NCBI GenBank assembly: GCA_963786935.1
Contig: CAWBAN010000004.1
Location: forward strand, 256,001-320,000
DNA from: an uncultured bacterium
Lineage (GTDB): Bacteria; Krumholzibacteriota; Krumholzibacteriia; Krumholzibacteriales; Krumholzibacteriaceae
Direction: 5' to 3'
Length of the DNA: 64,000 bases
Shown here: piece after piece, positions 18,617 to 27,587 of the stretch
How the letters are laid out: each line of letters opens with the position of its first letter
Position numbering within the stretch: the stretch's first letter is position 1
The notes under the pieces: generated by a model
Databases searched by the model: none
Seen by the model: only the letters and a program-made list of their open reading frames with translations
Told to the model about the DNA's origin: nothing
Position numbers and translations under genes: made by a program

Positions 18617-19828
18617 ATGAATCGAATCGCCGCTCTCTTCGGACGCCGCCGCGCGGCGGCGCTGCTCTTCGTCATCTGTTTCGTTTGGGGGTGCGGCTCG
18701 AAGTCCGCCCCGGGAGGGAATGAACGCATGAACAACACTGCCGCCGGCGCGCTGTGCTCGACCTATTTCTCCGACTACGGGAGGAGCTCCTTCATTCCTG
18801 CGACGGCCTCCGTACAGGGAGAGCTCCTCTTTTCGGCGCCGCTCGCCTTCCCCGGGGGCGCGCCGCCCCAATTCGTGCTGCTGTGGGACGGCCGCGTCGT
18901 GGTCGAGTCCGAATCGATGTTCGCGGTGTTCGATTCGTCGGGGCGGAAGCAGTGGGAGCGGTCGAAGTACGTGAACTCGCCGATCGGCGTCGCGGACAGC
19001 GTGATCTACTGCGAGAACGCGAATTTCTTCCTCGACGGCGTCGACGCGACGAACCGGCGCGTCCTCGAGGACGGATCGCTCCCGCAGGTCATCGACGAGC
19101 ATTACCCCGTCTTCATGATCGCTCCGCAGAAGGACGATTTTCTGGCGGTCGTGCAGTTCGTCGGCGGGGAGGACGGCTCGCCCCCCTCGGCGAGATTCTA
19201 CCGGGCGAGATACGGGAGTCCGACCGATACGTGGGGACACACGCTCGACGGCGGCCAGATCCTGCCGCCGCTCTTCTCCACCGGGACAAACCGGCTCTAC
19301 GTCTTTATGAAGCGGGCGTTTGTCTTCGACGCCGTGACGGGGGCGGAGACCGCTCAGTTCGATTTCCCGATGGATGCGCCCGTCGCGGCGAGCGCGGATC
19401 AAAAGGGGAACGTCTTTTTCGCGGGAAGCGACAAGGGAAAAGGCACGCTCGCGGCGGCGGCGCAGGACGGCGCGGAGATCTGGCGCTTCGAAGATATGCT
19501 TCTCCGGGGAATCTCCCCGGGAGCGCAACCGCCGATTTTGGGGGCCGACGGCTCCGTGTATGTGATCGCGGGCGGCGCGATTCTCGCCGTGCGGGAGGGT
19601 AAGCTGGCGTGGAAACAGACGCCGCCGAAGGGAGGCTTCTCCTACGGCGCCGCGCTCGAAGGCGGCTCGTTCCTCGCGACGGCGGGGAGCGTCGTGTATC
19701 TCTTCGACGCGAAAGGGGAGCAGATGTCCGCGATCGATCTGGATGAAACTCTGGTGACCCCGCCGGTGGCGGACCGGGTGGGGATCGTGTATGTGGCGTC
19801 GTCCAAGACCCTCTTCGGGCTGAAATAG
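18617..19828 (+). CDS. Lipoprotein with PQQ-like beta-propeller; putative immunity protein
   Basis: Start MNRIAALF 5 nt after the effector stop; lipobox VWGC; repeated GxxxW propeller blades (DSSGRKQW, QDGAEIW, EGKLAW). Confidence 0.7.
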   Translation: MNRIAALFGRRRAAALLFVICFVWGCGSKSAPGGNERMNNTAAGALCSTYFSDYGRSSFIPATASVQGELLFSAPLAFPGGAPPQFVLLWDGRVVVESESMFAVFDSSGRKQWERSKYVNSPIGVADSVIYCENANFFLDGVDATNRRVLEDGSLPQVIDEHYPVFMIAPQKDDFLAVVQFVGGEDGSPPSARFYRARYGSPTDTWGHTLDGGQILPPLFSTGTNRLYVFMKRAFVFDAVTGAETAQFDFPMDAPVAASADQKGNVFFAGSDKGKGTLAAAAQDGAEIWRFEDMLLRGISPGAQPPILGADGSVYVIAGGAILAVREGKLAWKQTPPKGGFSYGAALEGGSFLATAGSVVYLFDAKGEQMSAIDLDETLVTPPVADRVGIVYVASSKTLFGLK

Positions 19829-19886
19829 AGGCCCGCGAATTCGGGGATGAAACATCGGCCGGCCGGGATCGGAGGAAGGTAATCGC

Positions 19887-20312
19887 ATGGCCAAAGCGGG
19901 ATTTCCATTCGAATTGAATCTTCCCGAAAGGTGGAAGGAGACGACCGTCTACACGTATCAGGGGCCCGACGACAGCGGCGTCCAGCACAACATCTCGCTC
20001 GTCGTCGACCGGGAAACGACGGCCCCCGATCTCAGGACGTACGCCGCCGAGCGCCGCGCCAATCTGCTCGCGACGCTGCAGGGGATCGATATTCTCAAAG
20101 AAGAAGAACGGACCATGGAGAGCGGGTATCCGGCTTACGAGCTCGTGTACAAATGGATTCCCGTCGAAGGCACCGTCGTGTATCAGAAGGTGGTGTTCAT
20201 GCTCGTCGGCCGTGTCGTCTGCACGTTCTCGGGCAACTTCTCCAAAAAGACGATCAAGACCATCGGCGTGGAGTTTGACCGGATAGCGTCTTCGTTCGCC
20301 CTTATCGATTAA
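19887..20312 (+). CDS. DcrB/DUF1795 (EagR-like) T6SS effector adaptor
   Basis: FELNLPERWKETTVYTY...NISLVVDRE...YELVYKW...VVYQKVV fits the DUF1795/PsbP-like pattern; T6SS context. Confidence 0.75.
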   Translation: MAKAGFPFELNLPERWKETTVYTYQGPDDSGVQHNISLVVDRETTAPDLRTYAAERRANLLATLQGIDILKEEERTMESGYPAYELVYKWIPVEGTVVYQKVVFMLVGRVVCTFSGNFSKKTIKTIGVEFDRIASSFALID

Positions 20313-20345
20313 TGACTTGACTTAATCGATAGGCGAATCTAGAGT
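20295..20345 (+). promoter_or_regulatory. Sigma70 promoter of the T6SS core operon overlapped by an inverted repeat
   Basis: TTGACT(20317)-N17-TAGAGT(20340). Inverted repeat TATCGATTAA(20303-20312)-N9-TTAATCGATA(20322-20331), extended by TTCGCC/GGCGAA. Confidence 0.6.
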
Positions 20346-20420
20346 TTTTCGCAGGGGAGCGGCGGAAAACGCTGCCGTGGCATCGCCGGATTCTCATTCT
20401 CAAAGGAGCGGTATTCTCGC

Positions 20421-22940
20421 ATGGATATCTCCAGCTATTCTCATGATTCCCGGACGGTCATCAAAGCCGCCCAGGAGATCGCGGCCGCCTTCAAGCATGC
20501 CGAGATCGAGGTCGAACACCTCCTCATGGCGGTCGTGCGCCACGAGGCCCCCGAGGTCGAGTCGATCCTCAACCAGCTCGGCAAGCCCGCCTCCTTCGTC
20601 GAGTCGATTCTCGAGATCTACCTGAAGGATCAGCCCGCGAAATCGACCGGGCGGGAGAAGGCCCCCGTTTCTCCTTCGGTGCAGACCGTGCTGAACAACG
20701 CCCTCGACGAAAAGGAGAAGCTCTACGCCCCCCTCGTCGAGCCCGAGCATATCCTCATCGCGATCTTCGATCCGCGCTCGGCGCTGGCCGGCTACGTCCG
20801 CGACAAGGTCGAGTTCAAGAAGGAAGATATTTATCGCGCCATCGCCGAGATCAAGGCGGTCGAGGAGATCGCCGCCCCCTCGAAAGGGGGAAAACGCGCC
20901 GAAGGTGCCGCGGAGGCCTCGGCCGAGGTCGCGGGGACGCTCAAGTACACCAGCGACATGACGAACCGGGCGGCGGCGGGAGAGTTCGATCCGATGATCG
21001 GGCGCGCCGACGAGCTCCAGCAGACCATCCAGATCCTCCTCAGGCGCCGGAAGAACTCGCCCATCCTCGTCGGGGGCGCCGGCGTCGGAAAATCGGCGAT
21101 CGTCGAGGGATTCGCGCAGGCCGTGATCGGCAAACGGGTGCCCAAGACGCTCCAGGACGTGAAGGTCCTCGAGGTCGATATGGGCTCGCTCGTCGCGGGC
21201 GCGAAATACAAAGGGGAGTTCGAGGAGCGTTTCAAGGCGCTCATCGGGGAGGTCGTGCGGAGCGCGGGGAAGGTCATCCTCTTCATCGACGAGATACACA
21301 CGATCTGCGGCTCGGGCTCGGGCGGCGGGATGGACGCGGCGAATCTCCTCAAGCCGGCCCTCGCCCGCGGGCAGCTCAGGCTCATCGGGGCGACCACCGA
21401 GGAGGAGTACACCAAGTATCTCGAGAAGGACAAGGCGCTCGTCCGGCGCTTCGAGAAGGTCAGGGTGGATCAGCCCCACTTCGACGAGGCCGTCCGGATC
21501 GTGAAAGGCGTGGAAAGCAAATACGCGGGGCATCACAAGGTCACGTTCACTCCCGAGGCGCTCGTGGCCTCCGTGAAGCTCGCGCAGCGGTATCTTTCCG
21601 AGCGGAACCTGCCCGATATCGCGCTCGATATCATCGACGAGGCCGCCTCGGAGTTCGCCGTGAAGAAGGAGCTCGCCGGCGAAAAGGTCGGCTCTCTCGG
21701 GCCGCTTTTCGCGAAGGTCGAGGAGCTCGCCGCCGGCAAAAAGGCGGAAGGCCTCGCCGAGGCCTACGACGCGCTCATCAAGGACGTGGACGCGCTGCAG
21801 AAATACTGGGGGCACCGGCTCGACCGCGAGCGGGAGACGAGCCTCCCCTTCGATCGGATCAAGACGGAGAATCTCCCCGGCATCGTGGCGGAAAAGCGGA
21901 AGCTCTTCGCCGATCTCAAGAAGGTCGTCGAGGCGCTCGAGCCGAAGATATTCGAAAGCGATATCGGCGCGGTTATCGCCCGCCGGACCGGCATTCCCGT
22001 GTCGAAGATGATGACGGCGGAAAAGGACAGGCTCATCAACATGGAGGACTACCTGTCGAAAAAGATCATCGGCCAGCCGAACGCCATCAAAGCCGTCTGC
22101 AACGCCATCAGAAAGTCGCGTGCCGGCTTGAAATTGCCGTATCGCCCGGTCGGCTCGTTCCTGTTCCTCGGGCCCACGGGCACGGGCAAGACGTATCTTC
22201 CGAAGCTGCTCGCGGAGTTCCTCTTCGACGACAAGAACGCCATGGTCCGGATGGATATGTCCGAGTTCATGGAGCCCCATTCGGTGGCGAAGATGATCGG
22301 GGCGCCCCCCGGCTACGTGGGATACGAGGCGGGTGGGCTCCTCACCGAGGCGGTGCGCAAGAAGCCGTTCTCCATCGTCCTCCTCGACGAGGTGGAGAAG
22401 GCGCATCCGGACGTTTTCAACATTCTCCTCCAGCTCCTCGACGACGGCCGGCTCACCGACGGGCAGGGGCGCACGGTGGATTTTTCGAACACAATTGTTG
22501 TATTGACATCGAATTATGCCGCTGATAAGATACTCGCCGCGGACCGTGAGGGCAGGGAACCGGACATGGACGAGATCCGGGGATTCCTGTTCGGCAAGTT
22601 CAGACCCGAGCTTCTCAACCGGCTGAGCGAGATCATCGTGTTCCGGCCGTTCTCGCAGGAGCAGGTGGAGAATATCGCGGGGTTGGAGTTCAAGGGGCTC
22701 TGCGCTCTTCTGGAGGACCAGAACATCAAGGCGACGCTGTCGGACGAGGCGCGCAAGAAGCTGGCGAGGGAAGGGTACACGGTCGAGCTGGGGGCGCGGC
22801 CCATTCAGAGGATTATCGAGAAACAGATCATCAACAAGCTCTCGGTGGAAATCATCACCGGCGGCGTCAAACCGGGGGATGAGGTCCGGATCGACGTCAA
22901 GGACGACGATTATTCCTTTATCGTCGTCGAACGTAAATAG
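20421..22940 (+). CDS. tssH: ClpV/TssH AAA+ sheath-recycling ATPase (ClpB-like)
   Basis: Clp_N repeats (EHLL/EHIL); two AAA modules (GGAGVGKS, LFIDEIH; GPTGTGKT, LLDEVEKAHPDV); directly upstream of tssB. Confidence 0.9.
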   Translation: MDISSYSHDSRTVIKAAQEIAAAFKHAEIEVEHLLMAVVRHEAPEVESILNQLGKPASFVESILEIYLKDQPAKSTGREKAPVSPSVQTVLNNALDEKEKLYAPLVEPEHILIAIFDPRSALAGYVRDKVEFKKEDIYRAIAEIKAVEEIAAPSKGGKRAEGAAEASAEVAGTLKYTSDMTNRAAAGEFDPMIGRADELQQTIQILLRRRKNSPILVGGAGVGKSAIVEGFAQAVIGKRVPKTLQDVKVLEVDMGSLVAGAKYKGEFEERFKALIGEVVRSAGKVILFIDEIHTICGSGSGGGMDAANLLKPALARGQLRLIGATTEEEYTKYLEKDKALVRRFEKVRVDQPHFDEAVRIVKGVESKYAGHHKVTFTPEALVASVKLAQRYLSERNLPDIALDIIDEAASEFAVKKELAGEKVGSLGPLFAKVEELAAGKKAEGLAEAYDALIKDVDALQKYWGHRLDRERETSLPFDRIKTENLPGIVAEKRKLFADLKKVVEALEPKIFESDIGAVIARRTGIPVSKMMTAEKDRLINMEDYLSKKIIGQPNAIKAVCNAIRKSRAGLKLPYRPVGSFLFLGPTGTGKTYLPKLLAEFLFDDKNAMVRMDMSEFMEPHSVAKMIGAPPGYVGYEAGGLLTEAVRKKPFSIVLLDEVEKAHPDVFNILLQLLDDGRLTDGQGRTVDFSNTIVVLTSNYAADKILAADREGREPDMDEIRGFLFGKFRPELLNRLSEIIVFRPFSQEQVENIAGLEFKGLCALLEDQNIKATLSDEARKKLAREGYTVELGARPIQRIIEKQIINKLSVEIITGGVKPGDEVRIDVKDDDYSFIVVERK

Positions 22941-22966
22941 AGGCATCATTTAACAAGGAGGCTTTG

Positions 22967-23407
22967 ATGGCAAAATTCATACTCGGGGCGACCGAGCGGG
23001 TCAAGAAAGACGACTCGATTCCGGTGGAGCTCCTGCCGTCGAACAAGCTGCTCTACGTCGCCAAGCTCAATAACGATGAGGACGCCGATCCGGAGCCGGT
23101 ACGCTGCAACAACGTGAAGGAAGTGTTCGAAAAGTTCCGTCCGTCGTTCCACGCCGAGCTCGAATCGCCCGACGGGCAGTCGGTGGACGCCGAGTTCACG
23201 ATCAAGGCGATGAAGGATTTCACGCCGAAGGAGCTGATCGAGAACAACGACCAGCTTTCGACGACCTACTACAGCAAGGAGATCCTCGCCGATCTCGACA
23301 AGCAGCTCAAGAAGAACAATCCGCTCAAGAAGACCATTTCGGACAAGGAGAAGAAGGAAGCTCTTCTCAAAGCGGCGAAGTACTACATCGACCTCCTGTC
23401 GGAGTAA
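22967..23407 (+). CDS. tssB: T6SS sheath small subunit TssB, Bacteroidota (T6SS-iii) type
   Basis: Resembles Bacteroidota TssB (NKLLYVAKL...VKEVFEKFRP..ELESPDG..DF...KQLKKN); strong AAGGAGG RBS; precedes tssC. Confidence 0.82.
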   Translation: MAKFILGATERVKKDDSIPVELLPSNKLLYVAKLNNDEDADPEPVRCNNVKEVFEKFRPSFHAELESPDGQSVDAEFTIKAMKDFTPKELIENNDQLSTTYYSKEILADLDKQLKKNNPLKKTISDKEKKEALLKAAKYYIDLLSE

Positions 23408-23424
23408 GGAAACGAGGTGAGACG

Positions 23425-24843
23425 ATGAGCGACGAGATGGAAATGAAGCCCCAGGAAAGCAAGCCGGCGGAGGCCAAGATGGCGGAGGGGGAGCGGATCT
23501 CCGACAAGGAGTTCGCCGAGCTCCTCACCGAGAAGTTCGGGAAGTTCGAGGAGCTCGCCAAGATGCTCCCGTCCTTCAAGACGGCCGACGGCGATCTCGT
23601 CCGGGGCGTCGAATGGCTCGATCCGAAGAAGGATTTCCAGCGGAAGGAATTCCTGACGAAACCGGACTTCGCCAAACAGCGGAAGCTCCTCGCCGAGCGG
23701 CTCAAGCTCTGGGTCGAGGCGCTCGCGAGCTCGGACGATCCCGACGCGATGCGGAAGACGATCAACGACAAGATGACGAAGCTGGAGACGAATCTCGAGA
23801 AGAACATGCGTCGGGCCCTCGAAGCCGGCCGGGAGATCGAGACGACCTACCGCGCGGTCGACAAGTTCTTCGCGAACGCGCAGCTGGAGCCCGACGAGAA
23901 GATCAACGCGTGGTTCGCCAATATCAGCGCCGACGAGCTGATGAATCCCGACGACAAGGAGAAGTTCGAGAAGCTGTCCAAGGCGATCGCCGATCTCTAT
24001 CGCGAATGGTCGATCAAGGAGTGCTTCTCGATCGCGGTCATACCGGGCTGGCTCGGCTCGGTCGAAAACATCGACACGGTCGCGCGCCAGATCGGCCTCG
24101 CGAACAAGATGCAGGTCATCACCGACCTGCCGAATTTCGAGAAGTTCGAGGAGGTCGTGGATATGCTCGAGGATCCCGCGTACGCGGGGCTGGCCGGGAT
24201 CGACAATTACAAGCAGTACGCGACGCTTTTCGCGAATTGGGTCATGGCGCGCGAAGCCACCTCGTACGAGGACGAAGCGATGTGGATTCCGCCGTCGTCG
24301 GTCGTGGCGGGGAAGATCTACCAGGGCGATTCCACGATCGGCATGCAGCAGCCGTCCGCGGGATTCAAGTACGGGAAGATCGCCGAATCGAAGTATCTCC
24401 GGTTCCGGGCGAACCAGCCCGACGCGAGCAAGATCAACGAGAAGGGCGTCAATTCGATGGTCAACTTCGAGGGGGCCGTCGTCGCGATGGGATCCTCGAC
24501 GCTCTCGACGAAGGAGACGTTCAACGTCTACTCGATCAGGCGGACGTACGACTACGTGTACAAGACGCTCCGCAACTATCTCAACAAGCAGACCTTCTCG
24601 GTGATCGACCAGAAGTTCATCGACGCCCTGCGGCGCGACATCGACAAGTTCATGAAGGCGATCTCGGGCGGCGACAACATCCTCGAGGATTACAAGGTGG
24701 AGATCTTCGCAGACGAGGAGATGCGCAAGCGGCAGGAGGTCGATATCAAAGTTTCGCTCAATCCCAAGTATCCTGCACGGACGTTCAATATAGAGTTCAC
24801 CGCGTGGAACGAAGACAACAAGGTGAGTGTGAAGGATAAGTAG
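23425..24843 (+). CDS. tssC: T6SS sheath large subunit TssC (DUF5458 type)
   Basis: IETTYRAVDKFFAN, IPGWLGS, ITDLP, ANWVMAR, WIPPS..VAGKIY, QPSAGFKYG, YSIRRTYDYV and PKYPARTF fit the T6SS-iii sheath pattern. Confidence 0.88.
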   Translation: MSDEMEMKPQESKPAEAKMAEGERISDKEFAELLTEKFGKFEELAKMLPSFKTADGDLVRGVEWLDPKKDFQRKEFLTKPDFAKQRKLLAERLKLWVEALASSDDPDAMRKTINDKMTKLETNLEKNMRRALEAGREIETTYRAVDKFFANAQLEPDEKINAWFANISADELMNPDDKEKFEKLSKAIADLYREWSIKECFSIAVIPGWLGSVENIDTVARQIGLANKMQVITDLPNFEKFEEVVDMLEDPAYAGLAGIDNYKQYATLFANWVMAREATSYEDEAMWIPPSSVVAGKIYQGDSTIGMQQPSAGFKYGKIAESKYLRFRANQPDASKINEKGVNSMVNFEGAVVAMGSSTLSTKETFNVYSIRRTYDYVYKTLRNYLNKQTFSVIDQKFIDALRRDIDKFMKAISGGDNILEDYKVEIFADEEMRKRQEVDIKVSLNPKYPARTFNIEFTAWNEDNKVSVKDK

Positions 24844-24890
24844 ACGGACGTTTGGCGGCGCCCCGGGGCGCCCGAAAGGAGAAGCGGAAT

Positions 24891-25295
24891 ATGGCACGGA
24901 GACCTACCCTGGAGATCGATGGGGTCGTGTACAAGAACGTGTATTCGGTGTCCTATTCGCTCTATACGGCGAAGGACGAGACGGGCCGTCCCGCCGACCG
25001 CGCCCACGCGGGCACCATCAGGGTCGTGCGGGAATCGGATCAGACCTGCGACATCGCCCGCTGGGCCATGGATTCCTCGAAGCCGAACTGGAAGAGCGGG
25101 AAGGTGATGCTCAAGAGCCCGGACGACGCGACGATGAAGGAGCTGACCTGGGAGAACGGGTTCATCACGTTCTATTCGGAGAGCGTTCCGCATATCAAGA
25201 AAGTCCCGGACGATCAGGTGTACGAGGAGTTCGAGATATCCTGCCAGATTCTCAAGATCGCCGACGCGGAGATCGACAATCGCTGGCAGGAGTAG
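24891..25295 (+). CDS. tssD: T6SS tube protein TssD/Hcp, T6SS-iii type
   Basis: SYSLY..KDETGRP....AGTI...ES...IARWAM....KSGKV...MKELTWENGF...Y.E; located between tssC and vgrG. Confidence 0.88.
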   Translation: MARRPTLEIDGVVYKNVYSVSYSLYTAKDETGRPADRAHAGTIRVVRESDQTCDIARWAMDSSKPNWKSGKVMLKSPDDATMKELTWENGFITFYSESVPHIKKVPDDQVYEEFEISCQILKIADAEIDNRWQE

Positions 25296-25351
25296 CTTCC
25301 GGGAAATCCGCCGCTTGAAAACGAGCGGACCGTTCGTCGCGTGCGGTTCGA

Positions 25352-25383
25352 GGTCCCGGTCCGGCATCGGCCGGATCGGGACC
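25352..25383 (+). terminator. GC-rich hairpin after hcp (mRNA stabiliser or attenuator)
   Basis: GGTCCCGGTCCGGC-ATCG-GCCGGATCGGGACC; no U tail. Confidence 0.45.
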
Positions 25384-25409
25384 GGCCTGCCTCCGCACGG
25401 AGGTGAAAC

Positions 25410-27203
25410 ATGACTGATCGCGAAACAACGCTTCTCGAGACGCCCGCGGAATGCCTGATCCGCGTGAACAACAAGGAAATCAAGTTCAACATATCGCTCG
25501 TGCGGCTGGACCAGTTCGTCGACGCGCATCATCAGCTCGTGGTCCGCATCCAGCAGGTGGGGAAGAAGGAATCGGGGAAGGATTTCGACGATCCCGCCGA
25601 GTACGCGCAGTTTCTCGGAAACGGCATCAGCGTCAACATCAATCCCAAGGGGGGCGTGGTCGACCCGGCGCGCGCGCTCGAGTTCATCGGCGTGATCACC
25701 GACGTGCAGATCGACAACAGCATCGACGGGCTCAACACCGTGCTGATCGACGCCGCCTCGCCCACCATCGCCATGGACGGCGCCGTTCGCAACGCGCATT
25801 TCTACGACAAGACCGCGAGCGAGATCGTCGGCTCCATCCTCGGCAAGTACCCGATCACGGTGGGCGCGATCGAATCGACGAAGGGGACGTACAAGTTCGA
25901 CACGCAGTACCGCGAAACCGATTACGACTACGTCATGCGCCTCGCCGCCGGCGCCGGCGTGTTCGCGTGGTATTCCGGGAGGGACTTCAACCTCGGGCCG
26001 GCCAAGGGGGACAAGACCGTCGAGCTGAAATGGCGCGAGGATCTCGGGGCCTTCAGGCTGGGGCTCGGCACCGCTCCGGTCGAGTTCAAGGCCGACGTAT
26101 ACAACTACGAGCAGAAGAAAACCTACTCGCAGGACAGCAAATCCATCTCCCAGGATGCCGCGCTCTCGAACCTCTCGAAGACCTCGCCGGACGCCTCGCG
26201 GAAGATCTACAAGGATTCGGGATTCTCGCCGGCGCCGAAAACCGTGCAGGACGCGCAGACGCTCGACGCGACGCTCAAGAACGAGCGGCGCAAGGCGATG
26301 GGATCGATGATCAGGTGCACGGGGCAATCGATCGTCCCCGAGGTCCGCGTGGGGAACTGCGTCCGGATCACGGGGATGGACAAGCTCGACGGGCAGTATT
26401 GGGTGATCGCCGTCCGGCACGTCTTCGACGAGAGCGGGAAATACCACAACACGTTCGTGTGCACGCCGCTCGATATCGCGTATCCGGGGGTGAAGGAGGC
26501 GCGCGCCGATCTCGCCTCCGGCGAGGTTCGGCAGGAGCAAATGGCCCCCGTCGCTCCGCCGAAGCGGGAGCCCCCGATCGGGCTTCACGTCGCGCGCGTC
26601 ATCGACCTGAAGGATCCCGAGAAGCTCGGCCGGATCAAGATCAGCTATCCGTGGCTCGACGCCGAGCAGACCGCGTGGGTGCGGATGGCGGTGCCGCACG
26701 CGGGAAAGGACCGCGGATGGTACTCGCTGCCCGAGGTCGACGACGAGGTGCTCGTCGGGTTCGAGCACGGGAACACCGATCATCCGGTCGTCCTCGGATG
26801 CCTCTACAACAAGGAGAACGCCCCGATGCAGGAGGCGATCTCCGCCGATAACGACGTCAAGATGTTCATGACGCGGAGCGGCAACAAGATCGTCCTGAAC
26901 GACAAGAGCGGCGCCGAGCAGATCGTCATCTCGCAGAAGGACGGAAAGAATCAGATCGTGTTGGATATATCGGGGCCGTCGATCGCGATCACGACGGACG
27001 GGGACGTCTCCATCAAGGGGAAGAAGAACGTCACCATCGAAGCCGATCAGGGGATCAGCCTGAAGGCGACGTCCGACGTGAAGATCGAGGGCGCCAACGT
27101 CACGATCAAGGCGAACGCGAATCTCACGGTCGAAGGGACCAACGCCGACGTCAAGGGAAACGCCATGGTCAACGTCAAGGGCGGCGTGATTAACCTCAAC
27201 TAG
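25410..27203 (+). CDS. vgrG: VgrG/TssI spike protein
   Basis: QYRETDYDYVMRLA; OB fold DPEKLGRIKISYPW...WVRMAVPHAGKDRGWYSLPEVDDEVLVGFEHG; beta-helix ending GGVINLN. Confidence 0.95.
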   Translation: MTDRETTLLETPAECLIRVNNKEIKFNISLVRLDQFVDAHHQLVVRIQQVGKKESGKDFDDPAEYAQFLGNGISVNINPKGGVVDPARALEFIGVITDVQIDNSIDGLNTVLIDAASPTIAMDGAVRNAHFYDKTASEIVGSILGKYPITVGAIESTKGTYKFDTQYRETDYDYVMRLAAGAGVFAWYSGRDFNLGPAKGDKTVELKWREDLGAFRLGLGTAPVEFKADVYNYEQKKTYSQDSKSISQDAALSNLSKTSPDASRKIYKDSGFSPAPKTVQDAQTLDATLKNERRKAMGSMIRCTGQSIVPEVRVGNCVRITGMDKLDGQYWVIAVRHVFDESGKYHNTFVCTPLDIAYPGVKEARADLASGEVRQEQMAPVAPPKREPPIGLHVARVIDLKDPEKLGRIKISYPWLDAEQTAWVRMAVPHAGKDRGWYSLPEVDDEVLVGFEHGNTDHPVVLGCLYNKENAPMQEAISADNDVKMFMTRSGNKIVLNDKSGAEQIVISQKDGKNQIVLDISGPSIAITTDGDVSIKGKKNVTIEADQGISLKATSDVKIEGANVTIKANANLTVEGTNADVKGNAMVNVKGGVINLN

Positions 27204-27211
27204 GGATAACG

Positions 27212-27586
27212 ATGGAATACCTGTCGCTTCCGTTCGCGCTGCGCAAAGGATATCTCAAGAAAACGGGCATTCAGAATTCGATTTCCACTTCGATCGCGCT
27301 CATTCTGAGCACGCGGCGGGGCTCCCTGCCGTTCGATCCCGAATACGGATGCGACCTCTGGGAGCGGGAATATTCGGATCTCTTCATGGTCAACAAATCC
27401 GACGTGCAGGGCGCGGTCCGCACGGCGATCACGAAGAACGAGCCCCGGCTGTACAACGTTTCGGTGTCGCTCGTGAATATCGAGACCGGTCCGAACCATC
27501 CCCTCGGCCTCGCGATCAAGGTGATCGGCAATTTCAAGGAAGACAGGGAAGAGAAACGGTTCGAGGAAACGTTCAACGTAGGTTGA
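27212..27586 (+). CDS. tssE: TssE baseplate protein (gp25/GPW-like)
   Basis: YLSLPF...SIALILSTRRGSLPFDPEYGCDLWE...ITKNEPRL. Confidence 0.88.
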   Translation: MEYLSLPFALRKGYLKKTGIQNSISTSIALILSTRRGSLPFDPEYGCDLWEREYSDLFMVNKSDVQGAVRTAITKNEPRLYNVSVSLVNIETGPNHPLGLAIKVIGNFKEDREEKRFEETFNVG

Positions 27587-27587
27587 T

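Noticed and set aside
20421..22940. Housekeeping ClpB/ClpC
   Set aside because: Its position at the head of the tssB-C-D operon favours ClpV/TssH, though phylogeny would be needed to be sure.
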